DNA of 55,951 bases, taken from Dethiobacteria bacterium. GTDB taxonomy: Bacteria > Bacillota > Dethiobacteria > DTU022 > UBA8154. The stretch spans positions 1 to 55,951 of the forward strand of contig JBMNNS010000003.1 of the NCBI GenBank assembly GCA_050942625.1. The letters run 5' to 3'. The notes beneath the pieces are model-generated. The model saw only the letters and a program-made list of their open reading frames with translations. It was not told the origin of the DNA and made no database searches. Position 1 is the stretch's first letter. Every line of letters starts with the position of its first letter. This document shows positions 27,108 through 38,454 of the stretch, piece by piece. Made by a program: the position numbers and the translations under genes.

Positions 27108-28868
27108 TTAACGTTTTCCGGTTTTGAGCAGGTGCTGCAGCGCTTTTTCTTCCGGCGTAACGTAAATGGTACGGTAATTGCTGTAGGTAACCATACCGGG
27201 TTTGCCGCCGGGATGCCGCTTAACATGTTTTATTTTTGTATAATCAACTGCCACATTGGAAGAGCGGGCTCCCCGGCTGAAATAGGCAGCCAGCAACGCT
27301 GCCTCCAAAATGGTGTTTTGTGAGGGGGCTTCCGACCTGACAATGACATGGGAACCAGGAATATCTTTCACATGCAACCATAAATCTTCCTTATCGGCAA
27401 AGCGCAGGGACAAGTATTCATTTTCCCGGTTATTTTGCCCGACATAGATCCTTTCCCCTTCAGTGGCGAAAAATTGGAGGGGTTTAAAGGAAATTGCTTT
27501 TCCAGGGGGAGCCGGTTTTTTATTTACAGGTAAGAAGCCGGTTTCCTCCAGTTCAACCCTTATTTCTTGCAGTGTTTGCAGATCGGCTTTCTCAAGGCTA
27601 AAAATAACGCTTTCTATGTACTTGATTTCATTTCGTGTTTGTTCCAGTTGTTTGTTTATTTTTTTAATCCCCTGCTGTGCTTTGCGGTATTTTTTAAAGT
27701 AACGTTGTGCATTTGCGGAAGGCGAAAGCCGGGGATCAAGAACGATCCTGATTTTTTCCCCTTCCTGGTAGATATTTTCGAGGCAAATTTCTTTAGCCCC
27801 TGCCGGTATTTCCTTCAAGTTTAAAAGAATAAGCTCGCCACAAAGGCGGTCATGTGTTGCTGTTTGCGCTTTTTGCAGTTCTGCAGTCTGTATCCTTTCT
27901 TTTTTGGCTGCTTTTTTGTGGGCCTGCTGGAGGTGGTTGGTGAGAAAAGAGAAAAGTGTATTCCTTTGTTGCTTTTTTCCCTTGTATTCATAAAAATAGT
28001 CCAGGAGTTGGCTCATAGAACCATAGGCCTGCAGGTGATCGGGATCCCCCTGTATTGGCCTGATAGCAGCATAGTCCTGGGGATATTTATCTTTACCATA
28101 TATTAGTGTTGGTTCCCAGCTGTTTTCCTGGTATACTCTAAGCACCTCCTGCAGTTTCTCCCAGAGCAACGGTGCTGCAGAAGCTGTAGCCTTTTCGCTT
28201 TTAGCTCTCAGGGAAACTTCGCGGGCCAGGAAGGGGTTTAACCCCCGGATATTGTCCAGTAGAACCTTGCTGGCAGGTTGACCTTCCTGGTCGATTATCA
28301 GCTGCTTAAAGTATGCAAAATCCAGGGCATAAGGATGCAGTTTGTCCTGCAAAGGTGGCGGGTAATAAACATGTTTGGGCAAGATGGTCCTGAAACGGTT
28401 CAGCGATGGAGGTATATGTTTTATTGCCCCTAAAATAACCTGTTTTTGTTCCTGATCAGGAGCATCGAGCAATACCAGGTTGCTGTATCGGCCCATGATC
28501 TCCACGACCAGTGTTTTTTGTACCAGCATACCATATTCGTTGGTTACACTGAAAACCAGATAAAGGACCCTTTCCAGGGGGGGCTGCCTTAGCGAGATTA
28601 AAGTTCCCCCGGTTAGATGTTTGCGTAACAACATGCAAAAAGCAGGGGGCGATTTGGGGCGGGCATAAACCCTTTTTGTCAGGTTGATCCTGGAGTATTC
28701 AGGGTGTATGGAAATAAAAAGGGAATCTACTGGTGTTTCCCCGCGAAAATTGAGAAGCAGATCAGTTTTATTTAACTGGGTTACCTTATTAACCCGGGCC
28801 TTTTTGACAAGGATTTCTTCTTCAATTTCCCTGGAAACAGCTTTGAGTACAAAAGCGTCGAATGGCAT
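27108..28868 (-). CDS. rqcH: RqcH/FbpA (NFACT) ribosome quality-control protein
   Basis: MPFDAF, FCMLLRKHL, EIMGRYSN, NAQRYFKKY and WLHVKDIPGSHV motifs; ATG 28868 after AGGAGAAGGA. Confidence 0.92.
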   Translation of the reverse strand: MPFDAFVLKAVSREIEEEILVKKARVNKVTQLNKTDLLLNFRGETPVDSLFISIHPEYSRINLTKRVYARPKSPPAFCMLLRKHLTGGTLISLRQPPLERVLYLVFSVTNEYGMLVQKTLVVEIMGRYSNLVLLDAPDQEQKQVILGAIKHIPPSLNRFRTILPKHVYYPPPLQDKLHPYALDFAYFKQLIIDQEGQPASKVLLDNIRGLNPFLAREVSLRAKSEKATASAAPLLWEKLQEVLRVYQENSWEPTLIYGKDKYPQDYAAIRPIQGDPDHLQAYGSMSQLLDYFYEYKGKKQQRNTLFSFLTNHLQQAHKKAAKKERIQTAELQKAQTATHDRLCGELILLNLKEIPAGAKEICLENIYQEGEKIRIVLDPRLSPSANAQRYFKKYRKAQQGIKKINKQLEQTRNEIKYIESVIFSLEKADLQTLQEIRVELEETGFLPVNKKPAPPGKAISFKPLQFFATEGERIYVGQNNRENEYLSLRFADKEDLWLHVKDIPGSHVIVRSEAPSQNTILEAALLAAYFSRGARSSNVAVDYTKIKHVKRHPGGKPGMVTYSNYRTIYVTPEEKALQHLLKTGKR

Positions 28869-29162
28869 TTTCCTTCTCCTATGGCATAAACCTCTTTTTT
28901 GAGTATAGCTTTTATAACATTGAAAAACAAGGGGTTGGTCCTGACTAATGACGATAACCGTTGAAAATACTCCCCCAGCATCCTGAATGTTCTTTTTTAT
29001 TGGTCTCAAGAATATGAATAAGGATGAAACTTTGTCCGGTTGGAAAATAAAATACTCTGTAATACATTTAATATTACTTTTGTCTGCATTTCATGCCTTA
29101 CACAATTTCGCCAGCTGATGGAATACAGACAACCCAAAACTATAATATAAACGGTGGGAAAA

Positions 29163-31907
29163 ATGAAAAAATCGAGGATGTGGGCTTTTTCCAATCTAAA
29201 AGACATCTATACCCATTTCCATGTGCAACCTAATCTGGGATTGACAGAAGAAGAGGTGCTTTACCGGCAAAAAAAATGGGGCCATAATCTCATCCAGGAA
29301 AAGAAACAAAAGGGTGTCCTGGAAATTTTCCTGGATCAGTTCCGTGACTTTATGGTCCTGGTTCTTCTTGCAGCAACCCTCATTTCGGGCCTGCTGGGGG
29401 AATATACCGATGCACTTACAATTATTATAATTGTGATTCTCAATGCATTGCTGGGTTTTATACAGGAATATAAGGCTGAACGTTCTTTTGCTGCCCTAAA
29501 AAAACTTTCGGCCCTAAAGGTATCCGTGCTCAGGGAGGGTGTTCACCGTGAAATAGCCTCTGAGGACGTTGTTCCAGGTGATATTGTTTTTCTTCATGCC
29601 GGAGATCGCGTCTGTGCCGATATACGGCTGAGCAATGCTGAAAACCTGATGGTCGACGAATCCCCTCTTACCGGTGAGTCGACGCCTGTTTCTAAGGAAG
29701 TTTCGACAATAAATACAGAGATTTCCTCGCCTGGGGATGCTCATAATATGCTCTTTAGCGGAACACTGGTGACAAGCGGTACCGGGCATGGCGTCGTTGT
29801 CGCTACCGGGATGCAGACCGAAATTGGCAATATTGCTACGCTAATCCAGGAGGTGGAGGAGACCAGTACCCCCTTGCAAAAAAGACTGGCCAAATTAGGG
29901 AAGGTGCTGGTTGCCTTTTGCTTTTTTTTCTGTTTTCTGGTTGTTGTCCTGGGTTTGTGGCGGGGAGAAGATGCCTATAAAATGCTGATGGCCGGTATTT
30001 CCCTGGCAGTTGCTGCTATTCCGGAGGGGCTTCCTGCCATTGTGACTATTGCCCTGGCTCTTGGTGTCCAGCGCATGGTAAAACGCAAAGCTATAGTCCG
30101 CCGCCTGCCTGCTGTGGAAACCCTGGGTTGCGCTACCGTGATCTGTTCTGACAAAACGGGGACTATTACAGAAAATAAAATGACCGTAAAAAGCATCTAT
30201 GCCGGGGGCCTGATCTGGAACGTAGAAGGCGAAGGTTATGGAATGCAAGGTGGCATTTTCAGGAAAGGGAAACAGGTAGATGCCAGCCGGGAAGTTGACC
30301 TTAAGCAGGCCCTTATCATTGCTGCAGTTTGCAATAACAGTTCTCTGTTGCCTTCCAAGAAACATGCTTTTGGGAAAACCCCCCACCCGGTATGGGAAGT
30401 TAACGGGGATCCTACGGAAGGTGCACTGCTGGTTTGTGCTGCTAAAGGCAAGATTAACAAAGAAACCCTGGAGCACAAATATAAAAGAATAAAGGAATAT
30501 CCCTTTAATTCTACCAGGAAATGTATGTCCGTTGTCTGTAAAGACGGGGAGCGGGCTACCCTTTTTGTCAAAGGGGCCCCTGAACGTGTTTTGCGTCTCT
30601 CCACAGCTTATTATGAAAATGGCAACATAAAAAAATTGGATGAAGATAGCCGGAAAAAAATTATGAACCAGGTAGAAATAATGGGTGCCGGGGCACTTAG
30701 AATGTTGGCAGTGGCGTATAAGCCGCTTTATAATTATTCTCCCATCCTGGAACCAAGGGATGTGGAAAGGGAGCTTATCTTTGTTGGTTTTTTTGGGATG
30801 ATCGATCCCCCACGGCCCCAGGTTTACCAGGCTATTGAAAATTGTAAACGGGCTGGTATCCGTATTGTGATGATTACCGGTGATCACCACCATACTGCAG
30901 TAGCTATTGCCCGGAAGGTAGGCATCCTGGGGGCTGGCGGTGAAGTCTTAACTGGCACCGAACTGGATAAGATGAGTGAAAAGGAACTTCAGCGGCGTGT
31001 TGAAAATGTTTTTGTATATTCCAGGGTCAACCCCGAACATAAACTGCGGATTGTGCGCTGTCTGAAGTCTAAAGGCCACGTTGTGGCCATGACCGGTGAT
31101 GGGGTCAACGATGCCCCGGCAGTAAAGGAGGCAGATATTGGCGTAGCCATGGGCTTAACGGGCACAGAGGTTACAAAAGAGGCTGCCTCCCTGATCCTGG
31201 CTGATGACAATTTCAGCACTATTGTGGCAGCGGTTGAGGAGGGCCGCGGCATCTACGATAATATCCGCAAATTTATTAGGTTCCTTTTAGGTTGCAATAT
31301 GGGGGAAATATTAACGGTGTTTTTAGTGATGCTTTTGGGTTTGCCCCTTCCCCTGCGCCCGATCCAGATTCTTTGGGTTAACCTGGTTACAGACGGGCTG
31401 CCGGCCATGGCCCTGGGGGTTGATCCCACGGATGCCAGCGTTATGTCCAGGCCCCCCCGCTCTCCCCAGGAAGGTATTTTTGGCCGGGGGCTCTGGTTGA
31501 AAATACTCTCCAGGGGGGTACTCATTGGTTTTACCACTTTGGCAGTTTTTATAATTAGCCTTTCTAAATCAAACCTTGTCTATTCCCAAACGATGGCTCT
31601 TTCCACCCTTATTTTAACCCAGCTCCTGCATGTTTTTGAGTGCCGTTCTGAATATTTGACCCTCTGGGAGGCGGGTATTACTCATAATATTTTGCTCGTT
31701 CTTGCTGTTTTCAGTTCCTTTTCCCTTTTACTCCTGATCATTTACCAGCCTTTTTTGCAGGGAATTTTTTATACCTACCCGCTGACCTTCGAGGACTGGT
31801 CCTTGATTTTTTTGGCTTCCGGACTTCCCCATATCGTTAGTTTATTTCTATGGTGTTGTCGGAAAATAACTCTGAGGGGGATCGCCACAATGAAAAATAG
31901 GAGGTAA
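29163..31907 (+). CDS. P-type Ca2+-transporting ATPase (YloB-like)
   Basis: [32 protein letters not shown] and WVNLVTDG motifs. Confidence 0.93.
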   Translation: MKKSRMWAFSNLKDIYTHFHVQPNLGLTEEEVLYRQKKWGHNLIQEKKQKGVLEIFLDQFRDFMVLVLLAATLISGLLGEYTDALTIIIIVILNALLGFIQEYKAERSFAALKKLSALKVSVLREGVHREIASEDVVPGDIVFLHAGDRVCADIRLSNAENLMVDESPLTGESTPVSKEVSTINTEISSPGDAHNMLFSGTLVTSGTGHGVVVATGMQTEIGNIATLIQEVEETSTPLQKRLAKLGKVLVAFCFFFCFLVVVLGLWRGEDAYKMLMAGISLAVAAIPEGLPAIVTIALALGVQRMVKRKAIVRRLPAVETLGCATVICSDKTGTITENKMTVKSIYAGGLIWNVEGEGYGMQGGIFRKGKQVDASREVDLKQALIIAAVCNNSSLLPSKKHAFGKTPHPVWEVNGDPTEGALLVCAAKGKINKETLEHKYKRIKEYPFNSTRKCMSVVCKDGERATLFVKGAPERVLRLSTAYYENGNIKKLDEDSRKKIMNQVEIMGAGALRMLAVAYKPLYNYSPILEPRDVERELIFVGFFGMIDPPRPQVYQAIENCKRAGIRIVMITGDHHHTAVAIARKVGILGAGGEVLTGTELDKMSEKELQRRVENVFVYSRVNPEHKLRIVRCLKSKGHVVAMTGDGVNDAPAVKEADIGVAMGLTGTEVTKEAASLILADDNFSTIVAAVEEGRGIYDNIRKFIRFLLGCNMGEILTVFLVMLLGLPLPLRPIQILWVNLVTDGLPAMALGVDPTDASVMSRPPRSPQEGIFGRGLWLKILSRGVLIGFTTLAVFIISLSKSNLVYSQTMALSTLILTQLLHVFECRSEYLTLWEAGITHNILLVLAVFSSFSLLLLIIYQPFLQGIFYTYPLTFEDWSLIFLASGLPHIVSLFLWCCRKITLRGIATMKNRR

Positions 31908-31941
31908 TTTGCCCCGTTTTTTAAGATTCACTCCATTTCTC

Positions 31942-31970
31942 TTGATTATGCTTTTTTTTTCTGTTAAAAT
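31942..31970 (+). promoter_or_regulatory. sigma-A promoter of the yicC-remA-gmk operon
   Basis: TTGATT-17 bp-TAAAAT with TG extension. Confidence 0.55.
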
Positions 31971-31997
31971 AGGTGTAAAAGGTACAAAAAAAGGGGA

Positions 31998-32885
31998 ATG
32001 GTTTTGGTCCGTAGTATGACAGGGTTTGGAAGAGGTGAAGAAAGCGGGGAAGACTGTAGCTTTATTGTGGAAATCCGGGCTTTAAATCACCGTTATTTAG
32101 ATATTGTGCTCAGGCTCCCCAGGGAACTATTGTCGTTGGAAGGAAAAATTAAACATTTACTGCAAGAGCACCTTTCCCGTGGCAGGATTGAAGTATATGT
32201 AACCTTAAAGGCTACAGAGGGTAATAGCAAAAATGTGGTTGTTGACGAAGGCCTGGCACTTTCTTATTACCAGGCCCTGCAAAGGTTGCAGAAGGTGTTG
32301 GGTCTGGCTGAGACCGGGCTAACCGTGCAAAAAATTGCCACTTTGCCCGATGTTTTAAGTCTGGAAAAAATGGAAATGGATCCGGATACCCTCGCACCCG
32401 TTCTTGAAAAGGCCCTTTTAAATGCTGTCACAGAGTTGATCCGGCAAAGAAAAACCGAAGGCAGCCGGTTGGGGGAAGATATTGCCAAACGGCTGCAGCA
32501 CCTCCATGAAATAATTGATGCAATACAGGAGGTGTGCCCAATAGTTCAAGAGGAGTACCGCCTTAAACTGCAAACAAGGTTGGAAGAATTACATCAGGGA
32601 AAAGAATATGATCAGCAGCGTTTTTTTACCGAGTTAGCTTTTTATGCTGAAAGATGCAGCATAGATGAAGAGATCGTCCGTCTGGGTAGCCACCTGCAAA
32701 CTTTATCTGAAGAACTACAAAAGGATGCAGCGGTGGGTAGAAAGATGGATTTTTTAATTCAGGAAATGAACCGGGAGGTAAATACTATTGCTGCTAAAAG
32801 TAATGATTTGAAAATTTCAGGTTTAACAGTGGAAGCCAAAAGTGAAATAGAAAAAATTAGGGAACAGGTTCAAAACATTGAATAA
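31998..32885 (+). CDS. yicC: YicC/YloC endoribonuclease
   Basis: SMTGFG, NHRYLD, GRKMDFLIQEMNREVNT and KIREQVQNIE motifs. Confidence 0.93.
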   Translation: MVLVRSMTGFGRGEESGEDCSFIVEIRALNHRYLDIVLRLPRELLSLEGKIKHLLQEHLSRGRIEVYVTLKATEGNSKNVVVDEGLALSYYQALQRLQKVLGLAETGLTVQKIATLPDVLSLEKMEMDPDTLAPVLEKALLNAVTELIRQRKTEGSRLGEDIAKRLQHLHEIIDAIQEVCPIVQEEYRLKLQTRLEELHQGKEYDQQRFFTELAFYAERCSIDEEIVRLGSHLQTLSEELQKDAAVGRKMDFLIQEMNREVNTIAAKSNDLKISGLTVEAKSEIEKIREQVQNIE

Positions 32886-32996
32886 AAAAAGATAAGCCAA
32901 CGAGGAGGTGTCAATCTGATCCCGGTTTGGAGCCGGCTCCGGCAGACCTTTGCTTCCGGTTCTTTTTAACTTTTTAATAATGGGATCAGGACAATA

Positions 32997-33260
32997 ATGA
33001 ACATTAAACTAATAAACATAGGTTTTGGCAACATCGTTTCTGCAAATCGCATTATAGCAATTGTGAGCCCGGAGTCGGCGCCGATCAAAAGAATTATCGG
33101 CGAGGCCAGGGACAGGGGTATGCTGGTAGACGCCACATACGGAAGGAGGACCCGTGCCGTGATCATTACGGACAGTGGGCATGTAATTCTTTCCGCCGTG
33201 CAACCAGAAACAGTGAAACACCGTTTACAAAATAAGGAACATGTTGCGGAGGAAAACTGA
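32997..33260 (+). CDS. remA: RemA/DUF370 regulator
   Basis: [28 protein letters not shown]...[11 protein letters not shown]. Confidence 0.93.
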   Translation: MNIKLINIGFGNIVSANRIIAIVSPESAPIKRIIGEARDRGMLVDATYGRRTRAVIITDSGHVILSAVQPETVKHRLQNKEHVAEEN

Positions 33261-33285
33261 AAAAAAATTAATCCGGAGTAGAGCA

Positions 33286-33918
33286 ATGAAAAAAGGTTTA
33301 TTACTAATAATTTCCGGTCCTTCTGGAGTTGGGAAGAATACCATCTGCCAGGGTCTCTGCGAAAGGATCCCCAATTTATATTATTCCATATCCATTACTA
33401 CCAGGCCCCCAAGACCGGGTGAGGAAGAGGGGGTCAATTATTATTTTGTGAAAGAGGAACACTTCAAGAGGCTCAGGGATGAACATGCTTTACTGGAGTG
33501 GGCAAAGGTTTACGGTCATTACTATGGTTCGCCTTCCCGGCAAATTGAGAAGGAAAGAAACAAAGGCCGTGATGTGATCCTTGAAATTGATATTCAGGGA
33601 GCAAAAAAAATCAGGGAAAATGTGCAGGAGGGTATTTATATTTTTTTGGTGCCTCCTTCCATGAAGGCTCTCTGGCAGCGCATTAGTACCAGGGGAACCG
33701 ATACCCCTGAGGCTATGAAAATGAGATTTACAGCCGCCTGCAGGGAATTAAAGGAAGCTATGAACTATGATTATGTCGTTGTTAACGATCACATTATGGA
33801 AACCGTTAAATTTTTAGAGGCCATCATTATGGCAGAAAAATGCCGCCCAGGAAGAAATAAGGGAATTATTGAAAAATTGTTGGAGGAAGGTGATGATGAT
33901 GATCTACCCCCCTATTGA
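33286..33918 (+). CDS. gmk: guanylate kinase
   Basis: [17 protein letters not shown] and LEIDIQGA motifs. Confidence 0.95.
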   Translation: MKKGLLLIISGPSGVGKNTICQGLCERIPNLYYSISITTRPPRPGEEEGVNYYFVKEEHFKRLRDEHALLEWAKVYGHYYGSPSRQIEKERNKGRDVILEIDIQGAKKIRENVQEGIYIFLVPPSMKALWQRISTRGTDTPEAMKMRFTAACRELKEAMNYDYVVVNDHIMETVKFLEAIIMAEKCRPGRNKGIIEKLLEEGDDDDLPPY

Positions 33919-34105
33919 TGAAATGCTTGATAAGGTAGACAGCAGGTATTCCCTAGTCATCATGGCAGCAAAAAGGGCCCGGCAACTTCGTGAAATGAAA
34001 AATAATGAAGAAGATGCCGGCAGCTTCAAAGAGGTTACCCATGCCTTGAAGGAAATTGCCGCTGGAAAAATAACCTTTGAAAGAACTAAAAACGGTATTA
34101 AATGA
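33896..34105 (+). CDS. rpoZ: RNA polymerase omega subunit
   Basis: [10 protein letters not shown]...[16 protein letters not shown]...ALKEI. Confidence 0.92.
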   Translation: MMIYPPIDEMLDKVDSRYSLVIMAAKRARQLREMKNNEEDAGSFKEVTHALKEIAAGKITFERTKNGIK

Positions 34106-34138
34106 TAACTAACTATCTTAAAATAGTGGGTGTAATCT

Positions 34139-35359
34139 ATGTCAAAGAATAAAATAGTATTCCTGGGCGTTTCCGGGGGCATCGCCGCTTATAAAAGTGC
34201 CGAACTGGCGAGGCTTCTGATAAAAAACAATTTTATAGTCCAGGCCGTAATGACTGCCAATGCTGAAAAGTTCCTACCCTCTTTGACAATGAGGGCCCTT
34301 ACAGGCCGTCCGGTCTACAGTTCTATGTTTGATACTCACTATCAATCTGCGACTGTACACATCGATCTGGCCAGGGAACCGGATATTGTGGTGGTTGCCC
34401 CTGCAACAGCAAACATCCTTGGCAAACTATCTTCGGGTATAGCCGATGATCTGCTTTCTACCGCACTTCTGGCAGTTAATATTGAAAATTGTCCGGTAAT
34501 TTTAGCGCCCTCCATGAATACAGCCATGTACAATAACCCGGCTGTAAAGAATAACATCCAGACCCTGCGCCAAAGGGGTTATGTTATTGCCGAACCGGAC
34601 GAAGGTTATTTAGCATGTGGCGAGGTTGGCAAGGGGCGCATGCTGGAACCTGTCCAGCTACTGGAATTAGTTAAACGTACCTTATTTTCACGTGCCGATT
34701 TTCAGGGCCTAACTGTCCTTGTTTCAGCCGGGCCTACCAGGGAACCCTTAGACCCGGTCCGCTTTTTCAGTAACCACTCCAGTGGAAGGATGGGTTACGC
34801 TCTTGCAAGGGCAGCAAGGGAAAGGGGAGCCCGCGTTCTTTTGGTGAGTGGGCCCACTGCCTTGGACCGGCCGCCCGGGGTTGATTTTTTTCCAGTGGTC
34901 AGCGCCAGGGAGATGTATGCTGTGATTATGGAAAAACTTCCCCTTGCCGACATAGTGATTAAAGCAGCTGCAGTTGCGGATTACAGGCCAGGGCAGTTCC
35001 AAAAGCAGAAAATTAAAAAGGATTCCGTTTCCGGGGGAATGGCGATCACCCTGGAGCGAAATCCCGATATTTTAAAGGAAATAGGTGCCCAAAAAGGAAA
35101 CAAGTTCTTGGTTGGATTCGCTGCGGAAACTGAAAATTTACTGCAGAATGCAGCACGAAAATTGCAGGAAAAAAATGTTGACATAATTGTGGCCAACGAC
35201 TTGAGTCTGGAAGATTCGGGTTTTAACACAGAGACAAACCGGGCCCACCTGCTTTACCGGGATGGTACCACCGAACAACTGCTCCTCATGAGCAAATACG
35301 ATCTCTCTCACCAAATTTTGGACCGCATCAAGGACCGCTTACCCAACTACAAGCCTTAA
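34139..35359 (+). CDS. coaBC: phosphopantothenoylcysteine decarboxylase/ligase
   Basis: GGIAAYK, APATAN, PSMNTAM, LACG, GPTREPLDPVR and VGFAAET motifs. Confidence 0.96.
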   Translation: MSKNKIVFLGVSGGIAAYKSAELARLLIKNNFIVQAVMTANAEKFLPSLTMRALTGRPVYSSMFDTHYQSATVHIDLAREPDIVVVAPATANILGKLSSGIADDLLSTALLAVNIENCPVILAPSMNTAMYNNPAVKNNIQTLRQRGYVIAEPDEGYLACGEVGKGRMLEPVQLLELVKRTLFSRADFQGLTVLVSAGPTREPLDPVRFFSNHSSGRMGYALARAARERGARVLLVSGPTALDRPPGVDFFPVVSAREMYAVIMEKLPLADIVIKAAAVADYRPGQFQKQKIKKDSVSGGMAITLERNPDILKEIGAQKGNKFLVGFAAETENLLQNAARKLQEKNVDIIVANDLSLEDSGFNTETNRAHLLYRDGTTEQLLLMSKYDLSHQILDRIKDRLPNYKP

Positions 35360-35953
35360 TAATAGTGGTGTGAGCACAACTTCTATAACTGCTGCCAGGA
35401 TAAGCAGGTTAACTACCAGTGGGAATAACGACCAGTACTCCTTCCAGATTAAGCTGATACTTTCTCCTCTTTTCTTCTGGGGAAGGGGGAAGATGAGATG
35501 AAAGCCAAGTTTTAAACCAAAGGCTGCGCTGATAAAAAAAGCCGGCAGTTCAAAAACACCATGTGGCAAGATGCCCAGCGCTATAAACACAAAAACAGGC
35601 TGGTTTTCCAAACCAAGGGTTACCAGTAAACTTCCGAGCAGGGCCCCATTAAAAAAAAGTCCAAAAAGGGAAGGAATACCTAGCAGCACCCCTAAAACCA
35701 CCATCTGTAGCGAGGCAAAAAGGTTGTTTAAAAATAATAAAACAATCCCATGTAAAATAGAACCCTCTAAAATTAACCCTGCCAATTCATTTAAAACCTG
35801 TTTTTGAGTAGCAGTAAGCTCATTAAGAAAGAATTTTTCATTCCCAAAAAAAATAACAGAAGCAACAATGCCAAATAAAAAAAAGAAGGCAGCAAGCAGA
35901 ATCCAGTTCCAATTGCGATCAAATATTCTTATGATTTTATGTTTGTTTTGCAT
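35339..35953 (-). CDS. SpoIIM-family membrane protein
   Basis: LFLNN, NGALLG, ILPHGVFELPA and AAVIE motifs; ATG 35953 after GGGGAG. Confidence 0.8.
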   Translation of the reverse strand: MQNKHKIIRIFDRNWNWILLAAFFFLFGIVASVIFFGNEKFFLNELTATQKQVLNELAGLILEGSILHGIVLLFLNNLFASLQMVVLGVLLGIPSLFGLFFNGALLGSLLVTLGLENQPVFVFIALGILPHGVFELPAFFISAAFGLKLGFHLIFPLPQKKRGESISLIWKEYWSLFPLVVNLLILAAVIEVVLTPLLLRLVVG

Positions 35954-36101
35954 TTTAACTCCCCGGATTTGAGATATAAGAAGCAAAAAACAGGAAATAG
36001 AAAACAGGGTACATTTTTGCTGACAGGATGGCACGCGATAGGCTTAACCATTATTGCACCTATTATATCATAATATAACTGCTTAGAGGAGTTTTGTCTA
36101 T

Positions 36102-38366
36102 ATGGATGAACCAATAGAAGAACCGAAGTATGCCCAGGTAATCCTGGACTTGGTTAGCGATGCCCTGGACAAGCCTTTTCAGTATGCCATTCCTGCCAGG
36201 TATCGCCAGCAGCTGAAACCTGGCTGGCGGATACTGGTTCCTTTCCGTGACCGGGAAATGGAAGGGTATGTAGTCCAAACGGGTACAGAAGCCCTGGTAG
36301 AGGAGCCCAGGGAAATTTTAAAACTTCAGGATGCTTTCCCAATTCTTACCCAGGAGCAGATCGAACTTAGTTCCTGGCTGGCAAAATATTTTTTCTGTCG
36401 CTGGATCGAAGCCATCAGACTTTGCCTTCCTCCTGCGGCCGACAAGGTAAGGCCCAGATTCCAGGAATATGTTCTGCCTGCCAGGGTTCCCGCGGAGCTT
36501 CTAGATGAAAGTACCAAAATAAAAAACAGGGCAGTACGTCAGGCCTTAATTTTGGAACACCTGGCCCTGGCCGGCAACAAGGGGGTTACCTGGAAAGAGC
36601 TCAGGAAAATAACAGGGGCCGGGCGACAAAGCCTGATTGCCCTTGTGGAAAAAGGTTTCATAGAACTTAAGCGCCTTCCCCTGGAGCGAGTCCCCTGGAA
36701 GGACAATAGTTTTGTTCTTAATACCAGGGAAAAAGGATTCTCTTTTTCAAAAGAACAGGAAAGAGCCTGGGAACAGATTCAAGCTGCTTTTTCCTCCCCC
36801 CAAAAGCATATTTTAATCCATGGTGTTTCCGGCAGCGGGAAAACGGAACTATATTTGCACACAGCCGAAAAGGTAATCAAAGAAGGGCGTACGGTTTTGA
36901 TCCTTGTCCCGGAAATAGCCCTGGCTCCCCAGATGATCGCGCAGTTAAGGGGCCGTTTTGAGGGCCGTTTTGCCTTGCTACATAGCAGTCTTTCTCCAGG
37001 GGAAAGATACGATCAATGGTGGATGGCAAAAAGAGGGGAGGTACAGGTTGTTCTTGGGGCCCGTTCTGCTATTTTTGCCCCCCTGGAAAATATTGGATTG
37101 ATTGTTGTCGATGAGGAACATGAAAATACTTATAAACAGGATGAATCCCCCCGATATCATACTTTGGAAGTAGCCAAATGGAGGGCCCTTTACCACGATG
37201 CCCTTTTGCTGCAGGGCAGCGCTACCCCATCCCTGGAGAGTTACTGGAAAGTTAGACACCAAAAAATGAAACTATTAACCCTGACAAAAAGGGTAGCTGC
37301 CCGCCCTTTTCCAGCTGTGCAGGTAGTGGATATGCGCCGTGAGTTTAAAGATAAGAACCGGAGCATTTTCAGCAGGAAACTTCTTGTAGCCATGAAGGAA
37401 ACTATATCAAGAGGGGAACAGGTAATCCTTTTCCTAAATCGCCGGGGCTTTGCTGGTTTCCAGCTTTGCAGGGAATGCGGCTATGTTGTTCAATGCCCTT
37501 CCTGTGCTGTTTCTATGACTTACCATATCTCCCCGGAACACCTGCGGTGCCATTTTTGTGGCTATAGAAGGGCAGTTTTGCGTCACTGCCCCCAGTGCAA
37601 AAGCATCTATATCAGGAACTTTGGCCTGGGGACCCAGAGGGTAGAAAAAGAAATGAAAAATATTTTTCCAGAAGTAGATATTATTCGTATGGACAGCGAT
37701 TCCACTACCGGAAAAGAAGCCCACCTTAAAATGTGGAATACCTTCCAGCAAAAAAAGGCCTCTGTTTTGATCGGCACACAAATGGTAGCCAAAGGCCTTG
37801 ATTTTCCCGCTGTAACCTTAGTTGGTGTGATAGCCGCTGATCTAACCCTGCACTTACCCGATTTCAGGGCCTCAGAACGCACCTTCCAACTATTAACGCA
37901 GGTTGCTGGACGTGCCGGGCGTGGTGAAAAAGAGGGGCAGGTTATCATCCAGACTTATACACCCTGGCACTACACTATCAGGGCTGTAAAGGCCCATAAC
38001 TATCATGATTTTTTAAAAGAGGAATTGCAAAGAAGAGAAAAACTGCTTTACCCCCCTTTTACAGACATCATTCTTTTTAACTGCAGCTCACCGGTAGAGA
38101 GCAAAGCCCGGCAGGCTGCTGAAAACTTGAAAGGATTACTGAGTACCTATTTGTTGCCGGCACTCATTGGCAGGGGGGAAATCCTGGGCCCTTTTCCTGC
38201 ACCGCTGCCAAAAATAAAAAACCATTACCGCCATCAAATTCTCTTCAAGGGTGAAAATTTACAGCAGTATAACGATATAATACGGGAGGTAGTCTGGGGC
38301 TTCAGGATCGAAATAGGAAGTAGTTTGAGGGTTACTGTAGATTTTAACCCCATGATAATGTTATAA
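36102..38366 (+). CDS. priA: primosomal helicase PriA
   Basis: GVSGSGKTE, DEEHE, NRRG, four CxxC, GTQMVAKGLDF and QVAGRAGR motifs. Confidence 0.96.
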   Translation: MDEPIEEPKYAQVILDLVSDALDKPFQYAIPARYRQQLKPGWRILVPFRDREMEGYVVQTGTEALVEEPREILKLQDAFPILTQEQIELSSWLAKYFFCRWIEAIRLCLPPAADKVRPRFQEYVLPARVPAELLDESTKIKNRAVRQALILEHLALAGNKGVTWKELRKITGAGRQSLIALVEKGFIELKRLPLERVPWKDNSFVLNTREKGFSFSKEQERAWEQIQAAFSSPQKHILIHGVSGSGKTELYLHTAEKVIKEGRTVLILVPEIALAPQMIAQLRGRFEGRFALLHSSLSPGERYDQWWMAKRGEVQVVLGARSAIFAPLENIGLIVVDEEHENTYKQDESPRYHTLEVAKWRALYHDALLLQGSATPSLESYWKVRHQKMKLLTLTKRVAARPFPAVQVVDMRREFKDKNRSIFSRKLLVAMKETISRGEQVILFLNRRGFAGFQLCRECGYVVQCPSCAVSMTYHISPEHLRCHFCGYRRAVLRHCPQCKSIYIRNFGLGTQRVEKEMKNIFPEVDIIRMDSDSTTGKEAHLKMWNTFQQKKASVLIGTQMVAKGLDFPAVTLVGVIAADLTLHLPDFRASERTFQLLTQVAGRAGRGEKEGQVIIQTYTPWHYTIRAVKAHNYHDFLKEELQRREKLLYPPFTDIILFNCSSPVESKARQAAENLKGLLSTYLLPALIGRGEILGPFPAPLPKIKNHYRHQILFKGENLQQYNDIIREVVWGFRIEIGSSLRVTVDFNPMIML

Positions 38367-38454
38367 TGAACTTTGTTAGTAGTAAGTGGCCAGTGATCAG
38401 CAGTGGCGAATAGTAGTAGATACCAATGAGCATATTACCGGGGAAGTGAAAAAA

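Noticed and set aside
29895-30893. Long antisense ORFs (332 aa here, 254 aa at 8713-9477, and others)
   Set aside because: They are shadow frames of well-conserved genes with no recognisable motifs.
36029-36046. Sigma-54-like TGGCACG..GGC upstream of priA
   Set aside because: The -12 element lacks TTGC and the gene context is implausible.
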